Below, piece after piece: positions 50,697 through 58,530 of a stretch of 64,000 bases of DNA. The first letter of the stretch is position 1, and each line of letters starts with the position of its first letter. The translations under genes were made by a program, and so were the position numbers. The DNA is from a virus. The stretch spans positions 1 through 64,000 of the IMG/VR virus record IMGVR_UViG_3300047476_000972. One strand, given 5' to 3'. The notes below the pieces were generated by a model. It saw only the letters and a program-made list of their open reading frames with translations, did no database searches and was not told the DNA's origin.

Positions 50697-51058
50697 TATT
50701 TAGTTACCTCCGCGCGAACAGTTAGGTTTCCTTGAAGGAGGTTGGTAACTGTTCCAGTTGATGTTTCTTCTAGCTCTAGATCGTATACATAGATACCTGG
50801 AGTCATAGCAGCTGTCTGAGACGGGGTTATTAATATGATGACAGAACCTATTGACGCATTTATAGAGAGGCCGTTTGATGGAGTAGTTAGCTCCAGAATA
50901 GTGTTGAGATCGGGGGTCTTCTCGCGAATATCCATGCGAGCTGTGTATCCAGTTAAAGGAACTACATTTTTTGCAGAACTTTTAAGCGCTATAGATCGAT
51001 GCAAGGTAGCACCTTGATCTACTACTATATCATAAACATTAGTGGTTGCGCAATACAC
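50696..51058 (-). CDS. Fibre adaptor (BppU-N-like beta-sandwich) protein
   Basis: [10 protein letters not shown]...[10 protein letters not shown]...YVYDLEL...LLQG...V.AEVT. Confidence 0.65.
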
Positions 51059-51091
51059 GGGAATCCTCTGGAGAAAAGGCTAGTCCTTTAT

Positions 51092-51099
51092 ATTTTACC
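51092..51099 (-). promoter_or_regulatory. GGTAAAAT promoter motif (- strand) for the collagen fibre operon
   Basis: ATTTTACC on the + strand in the 56-nt gap before the adaptor gene. Confidence 0.5.
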
Positions 51100-51114
51100 G
51101 TATTTAGGGTTTTC

Positions 51115-51714
51115 CTAGTTGGTTAGCTTTTTAATCCAGAATGCTGGGGCCATATACTTTACCCCTGCTAGTACAGGAATGGACTCGTGGTAGTACGGAG
51201 CTACTGAGGGAAAGATCACTACACTACCAGCTTCTGGCTTAATCCTCACCCCGAACTCTGTAAAGTTAAGCTCTCCACCCTCCACGTCATCATTTAGATA
51301 TAAAACTGCAGACATTAGTGGCTCTATAGCAGGGTCTCCGTAGTAGTCCACGTGGGGTCCCATAGCTGAGCCTGTAGCATATTTTGAAATACTAAGAGGC
51401 AGTGGGTCTTTGTACTCGATGTAATTTTTACGGGCATAGTCTTGTCCGACTTTTGTTAGTGCATCTTTTATCGTACTATAGACTGCCCGAGCAGCCTCGG
51501 AGCTGGTACTTAGCTTGGATTCATCTGTGGACTTCTTTTGGCCAAAAACATACTTTGGCCCCTCTCCCGAGGCTACCCACTCGCTCCATTTTTCAATGGC
51601 ATCATTGTCAGTAAGATCTTCGTCAGATGTTTCGATTAAAGATACTAGGTCGCTAGGGGCGTCTACTACATTTTTATAGTAGTAAATCTTGTCTGCAAAA
51701 ATTTCTGGTTGCAT
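51115..51714 (-). CDS. 2OG-Fe(II) oxygenase, prolyl-4-hydroxylase-like
   Basis: MGPHVD...YLND...GGEL.F...KP.AG...FPS...YYH...G.KY. Start at 51714 via TAATG overlap (ORF track 51741). Confidence 0.9.
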   Translation of the reverse strand: MQPEIFADKIYYYKNVVDAPSDLVSLIETSDEDLTDNDAIEKWSEWVASGEGPKYVFGQKKSTDESKLSTSSEAARAVYSTIKDALTKVGQDYARKNYIEYKDPLPLSISKYATGSAMGPHVDYYGDPAIEPLMSAVLYLNDDVEGGELNFTEFGVRIKPEAGSVVIFPSVAPYYHESIPVLAGVKYMAPAFWIKKLTN

Positions 51715-52448
51715 TAGGCGAACTTGTTGCCCTTTTCCCACTCTACTTTTTGCTCCGCCTGAGCCTTACGGACTTCTCGAATCTCTTCTTCCCAAGCTGC
51801 CTTCTTTTCATCAGAGTAGACTGCGTCAGCGAAGTCCCAGAAGGAAACCATGGTGTAGCGAGTGCCTTTTAAAATTTCTTGAACTCCGTGAATATTCTCT
51901 ACTCCACCTGGGAAACAGATGTATGAATAGGCGCGTGGCTTAAATTCGATATCGTGCTCTGGGAAATACAACTCCCCGCCCTCGTAGTCATCATTCAAGT
52001 ACAGAATCCCGACATACTTATTAATTTCAAATGCATTAGGGTGACCATCAAAGTCGGAGTTGTCCGAGTGCGGGGCCGCGAATCCGCCTACATCCCATTT
52101 CTGAGCGTGGGAAGTATTTGCCACTACTTCGCGATCAAAGACTAGTTCAATAGCTTCTTGAAACTTCTGTCGAAGTAACTCGAAGAATCGTGGTGGTAGA
52201 GAGTACTCTGCCAGTTTAGGATCGTCTGGGTGGATTCCCATTCCAGAAGAGCCATAGAAAGCGATGTCGCCCCACTGGGAAGAGTATGACTCAATGTAAT
52301 CAATGATGCTCTTAGCTGCGTCTGGCGTCACAAAATTAGGAATCTCTATGATTCTGTTCTGCGGAATACCGAGCTCGCCTTTAACAGTAGGCTCGTCTTT
52401 GTAGATGATAAAAGTGTCTTTATCAATAGTTTCAAGATATAGAGACAT
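51714..52448 (-). CDS. 2OG-Fe(II) oxygenase, prolyl-4-hydroxylase-like
   Basis: APHSD...YLNDDYEGGEL...IHGV...GTRYT. Confidence 0.9.
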   Translation of the reverse strand: MSLYLETIDKDTFIIYKDEPTVKGELGIPQNRIIEIPNFVTPDAAKSIIDYIESYSSQWGDIAFYGSSGMGIHPDDPKLAEYSLPPRFFELLRQKFQEAIELVFDREVVANTSHAQKWDVGGFAAPHSDNSDFDGHPNAFEINKYVGILYLNDDYEGGELYFPEHDIEFKPRAYSYICFPGGVENIHGVQEILKGTRYTMVSFWDFADAVYSDEKKAAWEEEIREVRKAQAEQKVEWEKGNKFA

Positions 52449-53221
52449 TAGTGGTCAATACCTTTCAGGTTATAGCGTCCAGAGTTTCGCTCTACGCGTT
52501 CGCGTTCTTTTTCCATTTCGGCCCAGACTTCGTGGCCATATTTTGCTTGACCATCGCGCCACTCCTGAGTGCCTTCGAATTCATATTGCCAGAAAGATCG
52601 TACGAAGTACTTCTGACCAGCGGTAGTTTTATTAACGCCATGGTAGTAAGGAGCTCGAGAAGGGAACACTAGAACGTCTCCCGCCTGAGGCTTGTGCATG
52701 AAGAACTCTACGTCTGTCCCTTCTTCGTTGAGGACCTTAAAACAGATCTCTCCGCCCTCATAGTCTCCATTTAGATACATGGTGCATGTCATAACTGGCT
52801 TGTCTCCGGGAGCGTCTGCGCGCTCCTGTTGAAAGTCTGTGTGATAGAACATGCCCACGTTAGTGTCTGCTCCGCCATCTGTTTTGTACATACAGATAGC
52901 AGGGGCGGTGAATTTCCAGTTGGGAATGCTGTCAGTGAAGTAAGTATCATAATAATGCTTGGTAGCTTCATAAAACGCTTGAAGAATTTTTAAAGCAGGA
53001 TCAGTTAGATCCTTATCACCAGCTAGTAAGGCCTGAGACCACTCTTCTTCATTTGGAAATGACGAAAATGTGTGATTCCTGACCTTAACAGTGGTCAAAT
53101 CTCCGAAAGTGAACCACTGACGCCACTCACTATTGTTCTTGTGGAACTCGATGATCTCTTCTGGGTTTTCATAGAGACCTCGATACACAATCACATTTGG
53201 GTAGAGTTCCAGAACTTCCAT
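52448..53221 (-). CDS. 2OG-Fe(II) oxygenase, prolyl-4-hydroxylase-like
   Basis: FYHTD...YLNGDYEGGEI...YYHGV...GQKY. Start at 53221 via TAATG overlap (ORF track 53233). Confidence 0.9.
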   Translation of the reverse strand: MEVLELYPNVIVYRGLYENPEEIIEFHKNNSEWRQWFTFGDLTTVKVRNHTFSSFPNEEEWSQALLAGDKDLTDPALKILQAFYEATKHYYDTYFTDSIPNWKFTAPAICMYKTDGGADTNVGMFYHTDFQQERADAPGDKPVMTCTMYLNGDYEGGEICFKVLNEEGTDVEFFMHKPQAGDVLVFPSRAPYYHGVNKTTAGQKYFVRSFWQYEFEGTQEWRDGQAKYGHEVWAEMEKERERVERNSGRYNLKGIDH

Positions 53222-53904
53222 TAGATACCGCACTGGCTTTCATGAGAAAGAATAGTCCAGAAGAATGGCACTGTGTAACGGATTCCAGACGTAATCTGAG
53301 TTACGCCGTGAATATACTCCATATCGCCTGGGAAGAAGTAGGCAGCTCCAGCCTTTGGCTTGAATTGGATTCCCTGATTAGGAAAGTACAACTCCCCGCC
53401 TTCATAGTCATCATTGATGTAGAAAAGACCAGCAATGTCGTAGTACGGGAAGTCGTTTGGCTTTCCGCGATCTTCTCCCTCGTGCAACTCTTTATCTGCG
53501 TGAGGCATCTGTAGCTGGCCTGGCAACCAACGAACTAGTGCTGGAGATGTAGGAACCGCATCTACTTTAAAGAACGCGTCTACTTCTCTCTTTAGTCGTT
53601 CAACCATTCCGTTGATAACTTCTGGAATCTTAGGGTCTACGGCACGAATAGTGTCATAGGTAGCTACTCGATCTTTCCAATACTCCGAGTCATAAATGAC
53701 AGTGCCCTCTTCGTTATAGTGGGTTTCTGTGACATCCCATGAGGTGTTTGATCGGATAAACGCATTGAGAGTCTGTAGCTCCTCGGGCGTCATAAAATCT
53801 TCTCTGGCCTGAATGTTGGAAGGGCTGTTTCCAAAGAATCCAGAAGGTGTTATGGACATTCTGTTTTCTAGCCTAGAGTTTGAGTAGTCTTCTAAAGGTT
53901 CCAT
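53221..53904 (-). CDS. 2OG-Fe(II) oxygenase, prolyl-4-hydroxylase-like
   Basis: MPHAD...YINDDYEGGEL...YIHGV...GIRYT. Confidence 0.9.
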   Translation of the reverse strand: MEPLEDYSNSRLENRMSITPSGFFGNSPSNIQAREDFMTPEELQTLNAFIRSNTSWDVTETHYNEEGTVIYDSEYWKDRVATYDTIRAVDPKIPEVINGMVERLKREVDAFFKVDAVPTSPALVRWLPGQLQMPHADKELHEGEDRGKPNDFPYYDIAGLFYINDDYEGGELYFPNQGIQFKPKAGAAYFFPGDMEYIHGVTQITSGIRYTVPFFWTILSHESQCGI

Positions 53905-53916
53905 GCATCTATCCTA

Positions 53917-54648
53917 TCATTCATAAACTCTTCGAGTCCAAACTTCCTTCTGGTAGACTCCCCCGTCTGGAACACGATACTTCTTGCTATTAGCGTTGTT
54001 GTCCATGGCCATTTTCATGTATGGGACCTTAGCATCAACTTCCGATTCCCAGTCCTCGCGCTTGAAGGGCAACATCTGAGCGTAAGGAGTACCTGCTGGC
54101 AGAACTCCAGTCCAACCTTTAACAATAAAAAATGGCATAGTCCCTGGAAGATTGACTTTGTCGTTGTCAATGATCCCGCTTGTTGTTAAAAATGGTAGCT
54201 CAAAGCGGTTAAATGGTTGAGTGTATAAGACGCTATACCCGTCTGGTACCTGCACTGCCCAGTCCGACCACCATGCAAAATGAACTTCATGATACCCCAT
54301 CGGGGCTTTGAACTGAGGCATCGGCGGCCTGTTTTGAATGAAATCTTTATTTTGAGGATCTAATACTTTGGCTTTAATTACGCCATTGTCTTCATAGAAC
54401 TCGATGTCACAAGGGGTGCGGTAGACATATCCGGTGCCCATGATGTCAAAAACAGCAGGGCAAGCCTTCCACGTTGGAATTTTTCCTCCGACATAAGGAT
54501 CTTTCCAGTGTTCGCCATCTGGCTTGAGAGCAAAACGATCAGCTTTGCGATACCATTCAGGAATTGTCTTGATGGTCGGCTTTGGGGTTGACGGACTGTC
54601 TTCCGTTAGCCATGGGCGATTTTTGATGAATTTAATCAGTTGTTTCAA
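53917..54648 (-). CDS. DUF6065-like / dUTPase-like beta-fold hypothetical protein
   Basis: P.P....IPEWY...TWKACP...D.M..GY...P.GYS.L...P.NR...SGIID.D...AGTP.AQ..PFKR..W. Confidence 0.55.
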   Translation of the reverse strand: MKQLIKFIKNRPWLTEDSPSTPKPTIKTIPEWYRKADRFALKPDGEHWKDPYVGGKIPTWKACPAVFDIMGTGYVYRTPCDIEFYEDNGVIKAKVLDPQNKDFIQNRPPMPQFKAPMGYHEVHFAWWSDWAVQVPDGYSVLYTQPFNRFELPFLTTSGIIDNDKVNLPGTMPFFIVKGWTGVLPAGTPYAQMLPFKREDWESEVDAKVPYMKMAMDNNANSKKYRVPDGGVYQKEVWTRRVYE

Positions 54649-55366
54649 TTGTCATTCCTGTCACTGGGCATTTAATGGTTTTAAGTTTGATGTTCTTAGA
54701 TTCATGTTGCCCCATAGAGGAGCCGTCATAGTTGACTGCATCACGATACATCTTTGACCAATCGCCTTTAGAGTTTTTTGCTTCGGCAGCTTCGCCATAC
54801 TTTCTCAGCTCTTCCCAGTATTCGTTTGGAAGACTGCCCTCTGTTATCTCCATCTGATAGCTCGACTGCAGATCGCCAATTGATATGGGGATCACAGCTG
54901 CTACGGGAGTGCCAGCGGGGATAAAGATTTCTTTGTTTGGCTCTGTAATTTTTATAGCAAGTGGCAGCTCGCCCTTATAAAAAGAGGTGCTTAGGATAGT
55001 GGTAAATGTCTGAGTCCCTCTAATAAATTGGTTCGGCACTGGCATTGTCAGCATTGATACGTCGACGTCAGTTGAAAAAACTAGCCCAGTCTTAAAACTA
55101 AGCGTACCGTGAGCCCTACCAGTGTAGACAAACTCTTCGCCCTCTAGAATTTTGACGTGGTGTTCTTCAGAGTTTTCTACGCCATCCCAGATCGCTCGGA
55201 CATCTTTATTAAAGGAAATACCCCAGCCGAGACCATTAGTCAGTGTCATAGGAAAGCACATATACGCGTGCTTCCCTGAAGTATTGTCCATCCAGTCTCG
55301 GGTAGCACGTAGCTGCTCGATGGTCGCAGCTTTTTCGTGTAACCTTTGTACTCGGATAGTTTTCAT
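54632..55366 (-). CDS. DUF6065-like protein
   Basis: RDWMD.T...HAY.CFP....N.LGW...PVPN...IPAGTPVAAVIPI. Confidence 0.6.
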   Translation of the reverse strand: MKTIRVQRLHEKAATIEQLRATRDWMDNTSGKHAYMCFPMTLTNGLGWGISFNKDVRAIWDGVENSEEHHVKILEGEEFVYTGRAHGTLSFKTGLVFSTDVDVSMLTMPVPNQFIRGTQTFTTILSTSFYKGELPLAIKITEPNKEIFIPAGTPVAAVIPISIGDLQSSYQMEITEGSLPNEYWEELRKYGEAAEAKNSKGDWSKMYRDAVNYDGSSMGQHESKNIKLKTIKCPVTGMTIETTD

Positions 55367-56115
55367 TAGTCGCCTGTCTCGACGATGAACTGGGGGCGGT
55401 GGAACTTTTCTGAATAATCAAGCATGGTAACCATCGAGTGCTTAGTTCCAGATAGAACCGGCATTGCTCGATGAGGGTACATGTAATTAGACGGGAAGAT
55501 GTATAGGTCTCCTGCAGTGGGCTTCACTTTAACATTCTGCAACCTAAAGTACAGCTCTCCACCTTCGTAGTCATCGTTAGGGAAGGCCACTAATGACGTG
55601 ACGCAGTTGTAGGAGAACCCGTGATCATGGTGCTCTTGGAAGTGCTGCCCTGGACCGTACTTAATAAAGTTAGTTGCCTCCCAGTAGCGCAGTTCTCCGA
55701 TGTTGTACATCTTGGTGTAGTGCTTTACCGCTTGGAGCTGTCGGTGATGGGTCTCTTCCCAAAGGGCTACCAGCTTCTGAGCAGCTTCGGAAGGGTCGTG
55801 CTGAATGTCTGTTTTCTTGTACTTAAAGTCAACGCAGTCGCGGTACTCTGGCATTTTTACGCCATAACCAACTAGAGCTTCCTCGTAGTGGTATTGGTTG
55901 CTTGGGTCAAGAAGTACGTCTTCTAACCGCTGAATCACCTGTAGCTCGGTTGGAATTACGTTTCTGTAAACCCAGATGCCAGACATGGGGACGACTTCTT
56001 CCGCGGTAGTCCAAGTCTTTTCTTCAATTTCATACCACTTAGTAAGACGAACATTGTGATCGTTGATGTCTTGCATCATCTTTTCTGTTGGCTTTCCTAC
56101 ATGATTGTTCTGCAT
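55366..56115 (-). CDS. 2OG-Fe(II) oxygenase, prolyl-4-hydroxylase-like
   Basis: FIKYGPGQHFQEHHDHG...NDDYEGGEL...FPSNYMYPH...GTKHS. Confidence 0.9.
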   Translation of the reverse strand: MQNNHVGKPTEKMMQDINDHNVRLTKWYEIEEKTWTTAEEVVPMSGIWVYRNVIPTELQVIQRLEDVLLDPSNQYHYEEALVGYGVKMPEYRDCVDFKYKKTDIQHDPSEAAQKLVALWEETHHRQLQAVKHYTKMYNIGELRYWEATNFIKYGPGQHFQEHHDHGFSYNCVTSLVAFPNDDYEGGELYFRLQNVKVKPTAGDLYIFPSNYMYPHRAMPVLSGTKHSMVTMLDYSEKFHRPQFIVETGD

Positions 56116-56122
56116 GATTGTC

Positions 56123-56866
56123 CTAATACTTCAACTTGTATTCTTGAATAATTGGGGATACCTTGTGGTTCACGTCTCCGCGATCGTTGTAGTCAGTCAT
56201 AATTACAACGGCATATTTTGTTCCAGAGATCATGTCTTGGGAGGCGTGCTCATAGATGTAGGTTGATGGGAAAACAACTACGTCTCCGGCCTTTGGCTTA
56301 ATAGATAGGCCGTTCATTCGAGGGAACCAAATCTCTCCGCCCTCATAGTCGTCGTTTAGATATACAACTACTGAGACAGTGCACACGTAGGTTGGGCCAT
56401 GATCAGCGTGAACCTTAAAGTGAGTTCCTGATCCTTCATACTTTACAAAGTTAAAAGCCTCGTATGAGCAGATCCCCACTCCCCAGTAGCGGCCGTAGTC
56501 ATCCACACACTGGCGAACTGCTTGGAACACGGCTTCGTGTACATCGTAGAGTTCGGCATTGTGCTCGTTACGAGGACCTAGGCCAGTGGAGTTGATTTTA
56601 AAGTCTTGTGCATTTCTCGCATTGACGTCTACGTCAGCAGAAGAAGTAACCTTTGCTCCTTGCCAACGATACCTGCCAGTGCCATCTAAATTTTTTTCTA
56701 GGGTGTCAATGTAGTGCTTACCTTGTTCTTTGGTAATTGCACCACTATAGACGTTTACGCCTAGGGCTGGATTTGCTACGGTAATAGCTGGATTAGTGGT
56801 AGCCTGTCGATCAGGCATACGATGCGCTGAGGTCTCTGACCTGTCTTTAGTAAACCAATCATTCAT
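56123..56866 (-). CDS. 2OG-Fe(II) oxygenase, prolyl-4-hydroxylase-like
   Basis: FVKY...HFKVHADHG...YLNDDYEGGE...FPSTYIYEH...GTKY. Start at 56866 chosen because TATACT lies 6 nt upstream (ORF track 56881). Confidence 0.88.
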   Translation of the reverse strand: MNDWFTKDRSETSAHRMPDRQATTNPAITVANPALGVNVYSGAITKEQGKHYIDTLEKNLDGTGRYRWQGAKVTSSADVDVNARNAQDFKINSTGLGPRNEHNAELYDVHEAVFQAVRQCVDDYGRYWGVGICSYEAFNFVKYEGSGTHFKVHADHGPTYVCTVSVVVYLNDDYEGGEIWFPRMNGLSIKPKAGDVVVFPSTYIYEHASQDMISGTKYAVVIMTDYNDRGDVNHKVSPIIQEYKLKY

Positions 56867-56898
56867 GCATTTAGTATACATACGAATATGTAAAAATG

Positions 56899-57675
56899 CT
56901 AGATTATCGGGACATATCCTTCAAGATTTTTTGGGAAGTCTGCTGGCGGGCAGTAGCACTCTGGGCACCCTATACACTCTTTGTTTTTAGGGGGTAGCCC
57001 CTCAAATGAGATAGGCTTTCCGGTGGCTTCGTAGAACCGTATCTCGGCATCATGCGTATACTCTTTTGCTAATTTCCTAAAAGAGTCTTTGTCAACTGTA
57101 TTGCTGTCTAGGTTGTAGGACCAATCTTCAGGCTTAGAATATATGGCAAAAAAGACGATCATATAATCTTCGTCATTAGTTGATGGATATGGTGGCCTAC
57201 CGTGTATATGCTGTTGGCCATTAAAAAAGACAGCTGAATTTTCTTCTTCGGAGTATACGTGGCCTTCTATTTCTACTCCCCAGTCCGAGATTCCGTGCTT
57301 TACAACGCATAGATCCATCAAATACTGGCTAGAAGTGTCATCTAGATGTCTCCAAAGATATGGGACTATGTCTTCTTGTTTTTGATATCTAGCTGCAAAG
57401 ATAAAGTTTTGTTTTAGATCAGGCTCTCCCCAGCTCTCCCTTGCCAAAGCCAGCAACTCTTCTCCCACAAAATGAGGGATCTCGGGGTTACAAGTCCATC
57501 TCCCTGAGATTGTGTGGTACTTAGCTGAAGAGCCTGGTCCCCACTCTTGAGCCATAAGTACTTCTTTTATGGCATTGAAGCTTTTCTCAGAGAGCAGGTT
57601 GCTCTTCTTAAATGGTTTATACGGGGTAGGCAAAGGCCACTTTATGTTTGGACTGTTGTCTGCATAAAGTGGCAC
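56899..57675 (-). CDS. Divergent 2OG-Fe(II) oxygenase-like protein with C-terminal Cys cluster
   Basis: ARY...LWRHLDD...F.GQ..IHGRP; ends ECIGCPECYC. Confidence 0.6.
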   Translation of the reverse strand: MPLYADNSPNIKWPLPTPYKPFKKSNLLSEKSFNAIKEVLMAQEWGPGSSAKYHTISGRWTCNPEIPHFVGEELLALARESWGEPDLKQNFIFAARYQKQEDIVPYLWRHLDDTSSQYLMDLCVVKHGISDWGVEIEGHVYSEEENSAVFFNGQQHIHGRPPYPSTNDEDYMIVFFAIYSKPEDWSYNLDSNTVDKDSFRKLAKEYTHDAEIRFYEATGKPISFEGLPPKNKECIGCPECYCPPADFPKNLEGYVPII

Positions 57676-57700
57676 TTTGCTACTACCCTATCCCTCTACT

Positions 57701-58516
57701 TTAGAGGATTCGCATGAACCTCGGTGGGAAGAATGGGAATGATGGTGGGAAGAACGGGAAGAACGGGAAGAACGGGAAGTAAGGGAAGAACGGGAAGAAT
57801 GGGAAGTAAGGGAAATATGGTGGGAAGAACGGGAAGAACGGGAAGAACGGGAAGTAAGGGAAGAATGGCGGAAAGAATGGGAAATATGGCGGGAAGAACG
57901 GCGGGGTTGTATTGCTAGTGGAGTAGTCAGACCACGCAGAAGTTCCGTTTGCGTTGGTTACGCGAACTCTATACTGCTGTGAGGTATCTGCCTCTTGAGC
58001 TACGTTTGCAGATGTTCCTGTTGTGTTGCCTGACTTGGAGTCGGTGCTCTCCCAGTAGTATGTGCTGAGGGTTGCACCGCCAGTAGCTGGTGCTGACCAA
58101 GAAACATAGTCTGTCTGATCGCCAGAAAAGTTCTGAACTGTTGGTGCATTTGGAGTGGCAGGAACTGTAGTGATAGTTACAGAGCCAGATTCGGTTGAAA
58201 GTGCAGAAGTTCCAGCAGCATTTGTTGCTGAAACTTTAAAGGTGTATGAAGCAGCTGAATCTAGGCCACCAACAACAATCGGAGAAGATCCGCCGGTTAG
58301 GTTTGTGGCAGTGGTGTCTTCTATTCCGCTTTTATATGCAATTACAGTAAATGAAGTCGCAGAAGGAGAGTCGGCTGGGAGCTCGAAAGAAACGCTAGCC
58401 GCACCGTCATTGAAGGCGCGGTTAGTTCCGACGTTACTACCCGAAACATTTATTGGGGCTTTTGGCTCCAAAAAGTCGTTAGACGCCTGAGACTTTCTAC
58501 CAGCTCTCTTGCTCAT
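57701..58516 (-). CDS. FN3-domain virion-type protein with C-terminal Pro/Phe/Tyr repeat tail
   Basis: Two FN3-like domains (GLDSAASYTFKVSATNAAGTS; VSWSAPATGG...YRVRVTNANGTS), then a 63-aa (P)P[FY]F tract; GGAGAG SD. Confidence 0.85.
   Translation of the reverse strand: MSKRAGRKSQASNDFLEPKAPINVSGSNVGTNRAFNDGAASVSFELPADSPSATSFTVIAYKSGIEDTTATNLTGGSSPIVVGGLDSAASYTFKVSATNAAGTSALSTESGSVTITTVPATPNAPTVQNFSGDQTDYVSWSAPATGGATLSTYYWESTDSKSGNTTGTSANVAQEADTSQQYRVRVTNANGTSAWSDYSTSNTTPPFFPPYFPFFPPFFPYFPFFPFFPFFPPYFPYFPFFPFFPYFPFFPFFPFFPPSFPFFPPRFMRIL
57716..57904 (-). repeat. 9/12-bp coding microrepeat (GGGAAGAAC-type on + strand) encoding 19 (P)PxF units
   Basis: PPFF PPYF PFF PPFF PYF PFF PFF PFF PPYF PYF PFF PFF PYF PFF PFF PFF PPSF PFF PPRF. 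Confidence 0.9.
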
Positions 58517-58530
58517 TTAATTCTCTCCTA

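Noticed and set aside
57716-57904. CRISPR array or non-coding repeat; + strand ORF 57724..57918 (GRT repeats)
   Set aside because: There are no unique spacers, the units are 9/12 bp, and they are in frame with the - strand FN3 gene. The + strand ORF is its antisense shadow.
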